From Rubripirellula sp. (GTDB lineage: Bacteria > Planctomycetota > Planctomycetia > Pirellulales > Pirellulaceae), in contig OZ244207.1 of NCBI GenBank assembly GCA_965216875.1, positions 5,760,001 through 5,824,000 of the forward strand: a stretch of DNA of 64,000 nt, written 5' to 3'. The notes under the pieces were generated by a model. That model saw nothing but the letters and a program-made list of their open reading frames with translations. It searched no databases and had not been told where the DNA came from. The translations under genes and the position numbers were made by a program. Below, in pieces: positions 1 to 9,328 of this stretch. Numbering within the stretch: the first letter of the stretch is position 1; every line of letters begins with the position of its first letter.

Positions 1-312
1 CGCCTCTTCGTTTTCGGTCGACTCTTCCGCTGTCTCTGATGCTTCTTCCTCAGCCGCCGACTCATCGTTCGACCCGTCAGGCTCGCTTTCGGCGTCCGCT
101 TCACGTTCAGGCTGCTCGATTGAATCCGTTTCTGGATCGGCATCGGTGCGAGGATGATTGGCTTCGCTTGGCACGGGATCCATCATCACCGGCTGATTTT
201 TGCCAGCGAGTGGTTCGGTCGACTTTCCACAACCGACCGCAACCAGCAACAGCAAGCAGAAACTCGCAATCCCTTTGTCTACGAGCGATAGGACCTCGCC
301 TCGCGTCTTCAT
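1..312 (-). CDS. Predicted lipoprotein with acidic low-complexity linker (runs off window; not in ORF track)
   Basis: ATG at 312-310 overlaps the TGA stop of the DUF1501 gene. Translates MKTRGEVLSLVDKGIASFCLLLLVAVG-C-GKSTEP, a lipobox, followed by an E/D/S/A-rich stretch. The frame is open to the window edge. Confidence 0.75.
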   Translation of the reverse strand, partial: MKTRGEVLSLVDKGIASFCLLLLVAVGCGKSTEPLAGKNQPVMMDPVPSEANHPRTDADPETDSIEQPEREADAESEPDGSNDESAAEEEASETAEESTENEEA

Positions 313-1613
313 CAGCTCAACACCTCCGTGGCAACGCTTCCCTCGGCGATCGCGATCGGCCGTCCACCTTCGGCGATATTCTCAGTCGCTGGATTAACCC
401 CAAGGGCTTGGCACAAGGTCGACAATAAGTCCTGTTCGTTCATCTTGCCGTCGTCCACTTCGCTTCCATCCTTGGTCGTTGCACCGTAGACCTGACCGCC
501 AGCCACGCCACCGCCGGCAAGCACACAGGTGAAAGCTTGCGGAAAATGATCACGACCACCGTTGCCGTTGATCACCGGCGTGCGTCCGAATTCACCCGCC
601 CACAGGATCGTCGTTTTTTCGAGCAAACCGATTTGACCCAGTTCCGTCATCAAGGTCGCCCAACCTGCATCCAAGCGTTCACTTAGTCGCCCCACTTGTT
701 CAAAGTTGTTCGCGTGCGTGTCCCACTCAAGTCCGTTGCCGAGTGTCACTTCGACAAGCGGAACGCCCCGCTCGATCAAGCGCCGAGCCATCAGGCAACC
801 TTGACCGAACGAGCCACGACCGTACGCCTCGCGAACCTTGTCAGGTTCTTCGGAAAGATCGAACGCATGTTTTGCATCACTTCCAAGCATCCGAATCGCC
901 GACTCATAGACCGTGTCTTGAGCGATCACGTTGGACGTGCCGCGGCGTTTCCGAAAATCGGCCTGCATCGTGCGCCACAGCTCGAGCCGCGCGAGTTGAC
1001 GATCGGAATTCACGTTCTTCGCCCGCTCAAGAAAATCGACACGAAGTTGGGCAAACCCGTCGTCCGGCACGCCGCCGCCTCCGGCAACCGACGTCGCCGC
1101 ATGTTTAGGTCCGAGGAACCCGGGACTGATGGAATTGCGCGCGAAGGGACCGGGCGCAATGGTCACGTAATCGGGTAGCTCTGACATTTCGCCGCCGAGT
1201 GCTTTCGATAATGAGCAACCGATCGACGGATAGGAAACCGGTCCACCAGGGATGTGCCCCGTGCGCATCAAGACCGTTCCCCGTTCATGGTCGCCTTCCT
1301 TGGTACTCATGCCGCGCAGGATGGCGAGCGAATCGGCATGTTTGGCAAGTTTCGGCAGGTGTTCGCTAAATCGGATTCCCGGAACACTCGTCGAGACTTC
1401 TTTGATCGAGCCGCCGTTGGCGTGACCCGGCTTCATGTCGAACGTATCGATCTGGCTTGGCCCGCCCGACATCCAAAGCAGCACGCAATGCCTGCCTTGT
1501 TCTTTGGCCGCTTTGGCGGCCGCAGCGATCGACGGAAGCCATGCACTTGAAGCAACGCCCGCAGCGCTAAGTGAAGCGTATTGCATCCACGATCTTCGAT
1601 TCAAGCGACTCAT
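312..1613 (-). CDS. DUF1501 domain-containing protein (Tat-exported)
   Basis: Tat-like signal NRRSWM; typical DUF1501 motifs LWMSGGPSQIDTFDMKP, WDTH, GEFGRTP and GRDH. Confidence 0.92.
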   Translation of the reverse strand: MSRLNRRSWMQYASLSAAGVASSAWLPSIAAAAKAAKEQGRHCVLLWMSGGPSQIDTFDMKPGHANGGSIKEVSTSVPGIRFSEHLPKLAKHADSLAILRGMSTKEGDHERGTVLMRTGHIPGGPVSYPSIGCSLSKALGGEMSELPDYVTIAPGPFARNSISPGFLGPKHAATSVAGGGGVPDDGFAQLRVDFLERAKNVNSDRQLARLELWRTMQADFRKRRGTSNVIAQDTVYESAIRMLGSDAKHAFDLSEEPDKVREAYGRGSFGQGCLMARRLIERGVPLVEVTLGNGLEWDTHANNFEQVGRLSERLDAGWATLMTELGQIGLLEKTTILWAGEFGRTPVINGNGGRDHFPQAFTCVLAGGGVAGGQVYGATTKDGSEVDDGKMNEQDLLSTLCQALGVNPATENIAEGGRPIAIAEGSVATEVLS

Positions 1614-1685
1614 ATCAGTCGACTCCTAGGGACTTGGATTCGTGCGTGGTCTCGGTGACAAACTTGTCTTATGGACAACATCGCT

Positions 1686-3263
1686 CTACGGACAAACGGC
1701 GCACTCGGCCGTATTCAGCAGCGCCCAAAGCATGTCACCAAAGGCACTTGCTTTCTCTCCCGAATTGCTGGCCGCCGATAAATGTTGGCCAAACATTTGC
1801 AGTTCATCCTCGGTTGGCAAACGCGAAAGGGTTGCAAGGAACAGGGTTTCGATTCGTTGTGTGTCATCAAAGAATGGGGCTTCGATAGCGCCCAGCAAAG
1901 GGCTTTGGACCGAGTCGGTTGCCATTCCCACTTCGGGACCATTCATCATGCCCAAAGCCTGGACGACGCCGTGTGGGTAATCGCGTGGCGTGGTTCCGGG
2001 TGCTCGCATGCGCGCGAGGAACTGTTCGCGCCGACCGTTGTCGGGCGATCGACGATCTCGCGCGCTGATCGCGCTGCCACAATAAACATTTTGATGCAGA
2101 CTGTCGTAAAACTGCCGAGCCGTCAGTGATTTGACTTGCATGGCTGCGAACGATTCACTTGGCGGCCGCTCAGCATCGACGACTTCACTTGTTCGTTGAT
2201 AGGCGTCCGTTCGGGCGATCGCAGCGTAAACGTCGCGCAGGTCGAAACGTTGTTGAACGAGGAACGCGGCAAGGTGTTCGAGCAACTCGGGATGCGACGG
2301 CTTGTTGTCGGCATCCATCGAATCAACCGGGTCGACGATGCCTCGCCCAAACAGGTGATCCCAAACTCGATTGACGGCAGCTCGTGCAAAGTACGGGTTG
2401 TCGCGTGATGCCATCCAAATCGTCAATTGACGACGCCGATTGTTTCCTGGATCAGGTCCTGGCGGCTCTTCGATCCCTGGATAGCGCGGTGACATGACGT
2501 CTTCGGTATCGGGCAACATGACTTCGCCGCTCGTCTTGTCCTCGATCACCGTCTGGCCAGCCATGCGTCCGTCAGTCTGGGACAGTCGTCCAAAGAACGC
2601 GGCGTACTGCCAAAAATCTTCTTGTGTCCAACGGTCCGACGGATGGTTGTGGCACTGGGCACATTGCAATTGAATGCCCATGAAGATCTGCGAAGTCGCG
2701 GCCGCAAGTTTCTCGGGCGCAAGTTCATGCGACGTGTAAAAAACGGCTGGCCCTGCATCACCAGCACCACCGGCTGTGAGAAACCCACCGACAAAATAGT
2801 CGTAGGGTGTGTTGTCACGAAATTGCTCGTGCAACCAATCCCCAAGTTCCAACACGTTGTCGCGCTGTTGCAATTGTGTCTGGGCGTCGGAGGGCAGCAG
2901 GATATCGATCCAACGCGCCGACATGTGCCGAGCGTAACCGGGCGAAGCAAGCAAACGATCGATCAACTGCTGGCGTTTGTCTTCACTGGTGTCGGCCAAG
3001 AACTCGCGGAGCTCATAAACAGGCGGCGCGACGCCCGCGAGATCGAGCCAAACGCGACGGCAAAACTCTTCATCATTGCTGATCGCTGCTGGCGTGATCT
3101 CGTTACGATCCCAGGCAGCGGCCAAAAGCTGGTCGATTCGCTGCGCAGCTTCTTCGATCGATGTCGACTTCTGCTGGGCCATCACCGAGGTTGCACTCAG
3201 CAGACCGATCCAAACCAGAAACCCGAACCGCACCAATAACACTGTGCAACGAGAGTGACGCAT
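1686..3263 (-). CDS. DUF1549/DUF1553 (PSCyt2/PSD1) domain protein
   Basis: Motifs DEEFCRRVWLDLAG, QLQCAQCHNHP (CxxCH) and NPYFARAAVNRVWDHLFGRGIVDPVD. Start moved to ATG 3263, which precedes a signal peptide; the ORF track starts at 3314. Confidence 0.9.
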   Translation of the reverse strand: MRHSRCTVLLVRFGFLVWIGLLSATSVMAQQKSTSIEEAAQRIDQLLAAAWDRNEITPAAISNDEEFCRRVWLDLAGVAPPVYELREFLADTSEDKRQQLIDRLLASPGYARHMSARWIDILLPSDAQTQLQQRDNVLELGDWLHEQFRDNTPYDYFVGGFLTAGGAGDAGPAVFYTSHELAPEKLAAATSQIFMGIQLQCAQCHNHPSDRWTQEDFWQYAAFFGRLSQTDGRMAGQTVIEDKTSGEVMLPDTEDVMSPRYPGIEEPPGPDPGNNRRRQLTIWMASRDNPYFARAAVNRVWDHLFGRGIVDPVDSMDADNKPSHPELLEHLAAFLVQQRFDLRDVYAAIARTDAYQRTSEVVDAERPPSESFAAMQVKSLTARQFYDSLHQNVYCGSAISARDRRSPDNGRREQFLARMRAPGTTPRDYPHGVVQALGMMNGPEVGMATDSVQSPLLGAIEAPFFDDTQRIETLFLATLSRLPTEDELQMFGQHLSAASNSGEKASAFGDMLWALLNTAECAVCP

Positions 3264-3366
3264 ACCTTTTCCCCACGATGTCGGCCCATCAGAGCCCATT
3301 CCCCACCCCTCCATTTATACCAGGGGCAGAGTCGCGTCGCGAAGATTTGTTATTTCTCACACGGTG

Positions 3367-3462
3367 CGTAGGCACGATCGCTCCGGTGCGGGTGCCCCAA
3401 GCAATCCGTGGTTGCTTATTCCGCCGCCTGCAATTCGCGTGATCCGTGCCATCCGTGGTTAC
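3367..3462. repeat. REP-like hairpin (GTAG-GCAC...GTGCC) plus ATCCGTG(G) short tandem motif
   Basis: GTAGGCACGATCGCTCCGGTGCGGGTGCC followed by three ATCCGTG units, just downstream of the nucleotidyltransferase gene. Confidence 0.45.
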
Positions 3463-3522
3463 CCCGAACCACTAAAAGACCGGCGGCTAGATAGCACCAA
3501 AGCCGCGCACGAAGCTTATCCT

Positions 3523-3972
3523 CTACGGCTGATCCGAGCGAAGTATATCGGCATCAAGAATGTCTTTAGGCCGTCCGCTGGCGATTTTGTTCTGCAATAG
3601 CTGTTCGCGACCGATGACACTCACCACTAAGCCATCAAGGTCGACGATCAGGCGATTGGACCAGGCATCATCAAAGCTAACGCCTGATATCAAGGTCATA
3701 ATATCAATTCGTTGAGGGGCGACGCCAATCTGAAAAACGATACCAGGTGCTGAAAAGTCTTGGACAGAGATCTCAGCCATCGGAGCACCGAAGGAAGTGA
3801 GTGCCGCCCAAACACATTGTGCGTTTTCTGGCGTGGCACGGATCCAGATGTCAATGTCGCCCGTCGAACGAGGACATCCATGTGCTGCCATGGCGTAGGC
3901 ACCGACCACAAGATACTCAGCTCGCGCGTCGTTCAACGCGAGCAACATGTCTCTGAAATTCGGATTTAGCAC
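3523..3972 (-). CDS. Small nucleotidyltransferase (pol-beta superfamily, MNT/AbiEii-like), putative toxin-antitoxin component
   Basis: Motifs YLVVGAYAMAAHG..RSTGDIDIW (G-A...DxD), RIDIM and C-terminal NKIASGRPKDILD. Probable GTG start at 3972. Confidence 0.8.
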   Translation of the reverse strand: MLNPNFRDMLLALNDARAEYLVVGAYAMAAHGCPRSTGDIDIWIRATPENAQCVWAALTSFGAPMAEISVQDFSAPGIVFQIGVAPQRIDIMTLISGVSFDDAWSNRLIVDLDGLVVSVIGREQLLQNKIASGRPKDILDADILRSDQP

Positions 3973-4129
3973 GAATCGGATCCCGGAATGCCCAAGCGTC
4001 AAGCGTTAGCTGCCAAACCATTCCCATCCGTTCGGCTGGAGTCGCATCGAGAATGATACCACGGTCGTCCTGTCCCTGAAGCGTTGTCACGCGAACGACA
4101 GTACGATCCATTCTTGAGCGATCCGACAT
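3917..4129 (-). CDS. Small hypothetical protein, putative partner of the nucleotidyltransferase
   Basis: 70 aa with TPAERMGMVWQLTLDAW. Its 3' end overlaps the 5' end of the nucleotidyltransferase gene, as in two-gene toxin-antitoxin modules. Confidence 0.65.
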   Translation of the reverse strand: MSDRSRMDRTVVRVTTLQGQDDRGIILDATPAERMGMVWQLTLDAWAFRDPIRAKSEFQRHVARVERRAS

Positions 4130-4270
4130 CGGGCTGTGTTTAATCTAAGAGCAACGATTGGTTGGTACTGCCTCCAGTCCGAGCGAACCAGAACGACATG
4201 AACAGTCATCGTACCAACTCAGGGCGTGCGGAGGCGATCGCGATACCACCGAAGCAACCGTTTGTGCAAC

Positions 4271-4313
4271 TCAGGCAGTGCTCGCGAGCCGCCGCCGTGA
4301 GGTCTCGGCCCTT
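4271..4313 (+). repeat. Degenerate copy of GTGAG-type palindrome (family D)
   Basis: TCAGGCAGTGCTCGCGAGCCGCCGCCGTGAGGTCTCGGCCCTT aligns with TCAGGCAGTGCCCGTGAGCCGCTGGCCGTGAGGCCTCGGGCCCTT at 7757-7801. Confidence 0.65.
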
Positions 4314-4346
4314 ACACCACATGAAGTTCGCTCAAGGTCAGGACGC

Positions 4347-6263
4347 TCATGAACCCGAACCAAATTCGATCGAGTCGATTTCGACCCAGGTGCCCGGTTC
4401 GGCCGCGATGCGCAGCTGCAGCGAAGTGATCGCTCCTTGGCTCTGGACACTTTCGCTCACGTTCATTAGCCACTTACGAACCTCGTCACCGGCAACCGTT
4501 TCGACGCTGCCAATGACTTGCTCGCCATCGCGCTCCTCAAAGGTGGCTAACACGGTGATTTTCGCTGGCTCACTCGTTCGCAGTGCAATTTGAACCGGTG
4601 CGTTGTTCTTGGAAACCAACGCTTTGAGTCCATCGCGCTCAAGAACAGCGTCCCCTTTGGCGACCGCGAAATCCAAGAAGCCTTGTCGCCCAGCGATGTT
4701 TCCGAGGCCATCGGATTTCGCCTTCCAACCTTCGGTCTGCCATCCACCACAGTCGAAGGTGAATCGCAACACACCGTCATCGGGATCGCGCCCATTGATC
4801 TTTTCCCATTCGTCCGACAAACCATCGCCATCTCGATCGGTGCGAACGACTTCGTATTCGGGGTTCACTGCCCTGCCCCATTTGTGGCCTTGGGCTTGGC
4901 ATTTCATTTCCTCGAGCGATTCTTCTCCTTCGCCATCGTCTCCCTTGGCGAGCCAATCGTCCAACAGCTTGCGATGTCGATTGAGTTCTTGCGCGTACTG
5001 GGCATCGCCGACGAGGTTATCGAGTTGGCTTGGGTCGGACTTCACATCGTAGAACTCTTCACTCGGCCGCTCGCCAAAGTAGATCTCGGTCAACTTGGGC
5101 GACAATTCTCCCGAAGCGTAAAGTGACCGCAAGTTTTTCACGTAGTCTTTGGAATCACGATACTGAGGCTGCAAGAAGATCCGATCCGTTTTGTAGTTTC
5201 GGGTGTACCGAAAACGATCGGTTCGGATGGTTCGTACGCGATCGATCGTGTGATCAAGTCGGTCCTTGGCCGCGGCAACAAAACTGCGTGGAACAAATCT
5301 TTCGGCGAACAAAAACTGCCCTTCGTACCACACCGGTTGTTTCACTCCAGCCCAAGCGAGAGTCGTCGCTGAAAGATCGAGCATATTCACCAGGTCGTCG
5401 CGAACCGACGGCGCCGGCACCCACGGATCAGGCCCGGCGATAATGAACGGAACATGCAAGCCACCTTCGGTTGGCATTTGCTTATGGCGAACAAGGTTGT
5501 TTGCGCCGTGATCACCAAAGTAGACAACGATCGTGTTCTCATCCAAACCGGACGCTTTCAAACCCTCGAGAACAGTGCCGATGAAATCGTCGTCTTTTCG
5601 AATCGCATCGTAGTGCTGCGCGACGACTTCGCGATACAACTGGTTTTGTGGGTAATCCGGTGGCACGGTCACCGCAGCTGGATCAACCTTTCGGTCGCTC
5701 GGGAACTTGGTGGTGTTGTTCTTGCCACCGGCCGTTTGGATTTGCCCAAAGAAAGGTTGGTTCTCTTTCAGCGTCTCCCACGGCACTGGACTACGACCTT
5801 TTTGTTCATACGAATAGGTCGCTTTCTGATCCCAAAGGAAGTTGTAGTCCGTCTTGCCAAGGTTGAATGTGTAATAACCACTCTCTTTGACCAGTTGCGG
5901 CAACAATTTCAATCCATTGGGCAAGGTGAGCTTGGCAGGCCCGCGCGACGAACGGTGTTCGTGAGCATTGAAACGAATTTGGCTTTGACCACCCATCATC
6001 GCTGATCGACATGCCGAGCAAACGGGTGCGGGAACGAAGGCACGTGAAAAACGGATGCCCTTGGAAGCGAGCGAATCGATGTTTGGCGTCTTGCCGCGAT
6101 TCACTTCGTGACCGTAACTTCCCATCCATGGCGAGGTGTCTTCGGCAAAGAGCCAAAGAATGTTGGGACGCTGCTTTTTACTCTTGCTGGCATCGTCTTC
6201 CGCTGACAGCAACGCTGTGGGGGCGACAAACAATGCGAATACCGCGATGGTCAATTTTCTCAT
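4347..6263 (-). CDS. Sulfatase (S1, formylglycine-dependent) with C-terminal extension
   Basis: Signal peptide; PNILWLFAED; VCSACRSA (CxAxR); GKTD; GDHG. C-terminal DRDGDGLSDEWE Ca-binding-like motif and a beta-rich tail. Confidence 0.88.
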   Translation of the reverse strand: MRKLTIAVFALFVAPTALLSAEDDASKSKKQRPNILWLFAEDTSPWMGSYGHEVNRGKTPNIDSLASKGIRFSRAFVPAPVCSACRSAMMGGQSQIRFNAHEHRSSRGPAKLTLPNGLKLLPQLVKESGYYTFNLGKTDYNFLWDQKATYSYEQKGRSPVPWETLKENQPFFGQIQTAGGKNNTTKFPSDRKVDPAAVTVPPDYPQNQLYREVVAQHYDAIRKDDDFIGTVLEGLKASGLDENTIVVYFGDHGANNLVRHKQMPTEGGLHVPFIIAGPDPWVPAPSVRDDLVNMLDLSATTLAWAGVKQPVWYEGQFLFAERFVPRSFVAAAKDRLDHTIDRVRTIRTDRFRYTRNYKTDRIFLQPQYRDSKDYVKNLRSLYASGELSPKLTEIYFGERPSEEFYDVKSDPSQLDNLVGDAQYAQELNRHRKLLDDWLAKGDDGEGEESLEEMKCQAQGHKWGRAVNPEYEVVRTDRDGDGLSDEWEKINGRDPDDGVLRFTFDCGGWQTEGWKAKSDGLGNIAGRQGFLDFAVAKGDAVLERDGLKALVSKNNAPVQIALRTSEPAKITVLATFEERDGEQVIGSVETVAGDEVRKWLMNVSESVQSQGAITSLQLRIAAEPGTWVEIDSIEFGSGS

Positions 6264-6375
6264 GGTGATCTGTGGTGGCTTGTGGATTTGGGTGGTCCAG
6301 CCCCGTTAGCATAATCATCTCAGCTTTGCAGGCTGCTTCACTGGATCGCTCAATCACGGGAATGGGTGCAATTTC

Positions 6376-7680
6376 ATGTCGCGACGCGTCTCCACCATGC
6401 TCCTTTCACGCTTTACCACCACTTTCATCGCGACTCTCGGTTTCGGCTTGGCGTTGGAGTCATCCGGATGGGCTGGTGACTGGCCACAATTCCTCGGACC
6501 CAAGGCCGACGCAACTTCGAGCGAATCGGTTCCGACCGACTGGAGCCTGTCAAAGAACCTAGCCTGGAAGGTCGACCTGCCGGGTGCGGGTTCCTCGAGT
6601 CCGATCATCATCGGCAACCGAGTCGTCGTCACCTGCTACAGCATCGAAGGTCAAAAGGTCAAACGTCAAATCGTTTGCCTCGACAAAGTATCAGGAGATG
6701 AATTGTGGACGCGCGAAATCGATGCCAATTACACCGAAGATGCGTACAACGGCTACATCACCGAACATGGCTATGCCAGTAACACACCGGTTTCTGACGG
6801 CAAATCAATCTTTGTGTTTCTGGGCAAAGGCGGTGTTCACTCATTGAGGCTCGACGGTGACATCCAATGGAGCGTCGATGTTGGAAAAGAATCGAGCAAC
6901 CGTCGTTGGGGCTCGGCTGCGAGTCTGGTTCTGTTCGAGAACCGTCTGATCGTCAACGCGTCCGAAGAGTCGCAAGCAATCATTGCGCTGGATCAAAAAA
7001 CGGGCGACGAACTTTGGCGGCAAGAGGCTGGCATGCTTGAACTCGCATATGGCACTCCCCGTTTGGTCGCCCCAAAGGGTGGTGATGCGGAATTAGTCAT
7101 CAGTGTGCCGGAAGAGATTTGGGCGCTCAATCCAAAGACAGGCAAATTGAAATGGTACGCCGAATCGCCAATGACCGGCAACGTGTCTCCTTCGGTCATT
7201 GTTGACGGCGACAAGGTGTACAGCTTTGGCGGGTATCGTAGTTCCGGCAGCATCGCCGTTCGCGCAGGCGGAAAAGGGAACGTCAGCGACTCGAGCACAC
7301 TGTGGAGCAATCGCAGCAGTTCTTATGTGGCGACACCCTTGCTACACAAAGGCAAGTTGTATTGGATCGATGATCGCGGAATCGCCTACTGCACTTCGGC
7401 ATCGGATGGCGAAGTGGTATATCGCAGTCGCGTCCAGAACCTCGAAAGCGGACGTCCTGTCTATGCCTCACCTACCTTGATCGGCGACCACATCTACGTC
7501 GTCACTCGTCGCAGCGGCACGATCGTCTACGATCCAGGCGACGAATTCAAAGTGATCGCTCAGAATCGTTTTGCCGACGACGAAACCGACTTCAACGCAT
7601 CGCCCGCGATTTCTGAGGGCAAGCTCTACCTGCGCAGCAACAAAGCGATCTACTGCATCGCCCAATCGCCTTCTCCGTAG
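6376..7680 (+). CDS. PQQ-binding-like (BamB-like) beta-propeller protein
   Basis: Signal peptide; DWPQFLGP; WKVDLPGAGSSSPII; C-terminal ASPAISEGKLYLRS. Confidence 0.88.
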   Translation: MSRRVSTMLLSRFTTTFIATLGFGLALESSGWAGDWPQFLGPKADATSSESVPTDWSLSKNLAWKVDLPGAGSSSPIIIGNRVVVTCYSIEGQKVKRQIVCLDKVSGDELWTREIDANYTEDAYNGYITEHGYASNTPVSDGKSIFVFLGKGGVHSLRLDGDIQWSVDVGKESSNRRWGSAASLVLFENRLIVNASEESQAIIALDQKTGDELWRQEAGMLELAYGTPRLVAPKGGDAELVISVPEEIWALNPKTGKLKWYAESPMTGNVSPSVIVDGDKVYSFGGYRSSGSIAVRAGGKGNVSDSSTLWSNRSSSYVATPLLHKGKLYWIDDRGIAYCTSASDGEVVYRSRVQNLESGRPVYASPTLIGDHIYVVTRRSGTIVYDPGDEFKVIAQNRFADDETDFNASPAISEGKLYLRSNKAIYCIAQSPSP

Positions 7681-7703
7681 GTCATGCTCCGCATGACAAT
7701 CTT
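7674..7703 (+). repeat. GTAG-REP family A (GTAG-GTCATGC-NNN-GCATGAC)
   Basis: TCCGTAGGTCATGCTCCGCATGACAATCTT; its exact 30-nt reverse complement is at 46202-46231. The TAG of GTAG is the stop codon of the upstream gene. Confidence 0.85.
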
Positions 7704-7769
7704 ACGAATCTCTGCATGAGCCGAACCGGCCCGACGCAAGTTTCAAAAGACACGATTCAGGCAGTGCCC

Positions 7770-7875
7770 GTGAGCCGCTGGCCGTGAGGCCTCGGGCCCT
7801 TGCCCCACGTGTGCACACTTCAGCGGAGGTGCTGTAGCTGTTGATAGCCCGGCCGCTTACGCGATCGCGGCTCAC
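7770..7875. repeat. REPIN-like inverted pair, family D (GTGAGCCG...CGGCTCAC)
   Basis: GTGAGCCGCTGGCCGTGAGGCCTCGGGCC ... GCCCGGCCGCTTACGCGATCGCGGCTCAC. A homologous element in the opposite orientation is at 21752-21834 and a half copy is at 46033-46062. Confidence 0.8.
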
Positions 7876-7945
7876 TTGTTTGGGCCCGGGCAGGGATTCC
7901 TTCGAGTGGAATCGCCGTTGAAGTCTGCACATCCTGGCATGGCGA

Positions 7946-8803
7946 TTGCATCTCTCTTCCGAGTCGCGATTCCACTTGGGTGGAGCCAACTCTTACGCAG
8001 TCGAACCAGGAGCAACCGTCTTGCGCACTCGGTGCCTTTTTGATCACGGGCGGCGGTTTTTTGTCAGCGTGTCGCCGCGCACGCACTGGGCGATCCAAGG
8101 CGTCGCGTTGATCGGGATCACGCTTTGGATTGCAAGTGATGTCGACTTCCAGCTCGCTGCGGGCGGCATGGGCGACTTCGAAACATCGGGGATGCGCAGC
8201 CATTTGCTCTTGTCCGCTTTGGCATTGATCGGATTGCATTTGCTCGTGCTCGGAACATCGCTGCTCGTTGGACAGGCTTCCTTTCGCAGCATCCGATCCA
8301 TGCTCATCTTCACAACGATCATGAGCCTATGGATTGGTCTCTATTGCTCACAAAACGAAATCGCGTTTCATGGTAAGGGCGTTCGAATGCGGGCGCAGCT
8401 TGAACATCTCCGCCGGGTCTGCCAACAACTGCAAAAAGACTGGCCGGACGAGGATGGCACGCTCGAGTTGCTCGGCCCCTTCATGGCGTACCCGATCAAG
8501 CGACCGACCACATTGATGCTTTTAACGCCACCGCACCTCGACACCTCTGGCACAAGCATCGCTGCCATCCAGCGCAGCGACACCGGTGGCATTCAATTCC
8601 AACTGAGCACCTACGAGAACGGCCAAGTTGTCATGCATGATTGGGTCGAATGGCATCCTGACGAAGCGCCGCGATCGTTTGTCGGTGGACTCGGCGAAGA
8701 GATGAAACTCTGTCGCCAAAACTCGCTCTCCAAGGACTGGTTCTTGGTGAGATATGCGCCCGCTCGATATCACGTCAATGAACTTGTTGTCGCAAGGGAC
8801 TAA
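7946..8803 (+). CDS. Hypothetical membrane protein
   Basis: About three hydrophobic segments followed by a soluble C-terminal domain; start codon uncertain. Confidence 0.6.
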   Translation: MHLSSESRFHLGGANSYAVEPGATVLRTRCLFDHGRRFFVSVSPRTHWAIQGVALIGITLWIASDVDFQLAAGGMGDFETSGMRSHLLLSALALIGLHLLVLGTSLLVGQASFRSIRSMLIFTTIMSLWIGLYCSQNEIAFHGKGVRMRAQLEHLRRVCQQLQKDWPDEDGTLELLGPFMAYPIKRPTTLMLLTPPHLDTSGTSIAAIQRSDTGGIQFQLSTYENGQVVMHDWVEWHPDEAPRSFVGGLGEEMKLCRQNSLSKDWFLVRYAPARYHVNELVVARD

Positions 8804-9258
8804 TCTCCATCGCCTAATCGAATGGAGACCGGGTCGCCGATCGAAATCGTTCCGGCCGATTGCACTTTGCAACAAACGCCACCGCGCCAATTAGGTGCCA
8901 GGGCGTTCTTGAGTCCAGGAACTTGCTGATCCATCCGCGCGCAAGGATCGGTCTCGCCGGTGATCAAAAGCTCGACTGATTCCCCGATTCGGATCGTCGC
9001 ACCGGTGGTTTCCGCCAACGACAAACCCGAAACGAGCAGGTTCGCGCGTCGCGTGGTCCAGGGGATTTCGGTTCCCAACTCGGTTTCTGCGGCTTCCCAG
9101 TCTTCGACCGACAACACCGTGATTTGACGGGCATTCGACTTGCCGCGGAAGTCTTCCCCAGCCCCCCGATCGACCGTGATTTCGATGGAAGAATGTTCGT
9201 CCATGGCCGCCCGCGATTTGGTCCGCGTGGCGATTCCGAGCAAGCTACCGTGACTCAT
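8800..9258 (-). CDS. MOSC domain-containing protein
   Basis: Motifs RQITVL, RRANLLVSG, ETDPCARM (conserved Cys) and WRGGVCCKV..GTISIGD. Confidence 0.88.
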   Translation of the reverse strand: MSHGSLLGIATRTKSRAAMDEHSSIEITVDRGAGEDFRGKSNARQITVLSVEDWEAAETELGTEIPWTTRRANLLVSGLSLAETTGATIRIGESVELLITGETDPCARMDQQVPGLKNALAPNWRGGVCCKVQSAGTISIGDPVSIRLGDGD

Positions 9259-9328
9259 CGAGAAGACGACCTATACTGTTGATCCGAATTCACTTCCTTT
9301 TCGCCGCCGCACACATCGCCACCATAAC

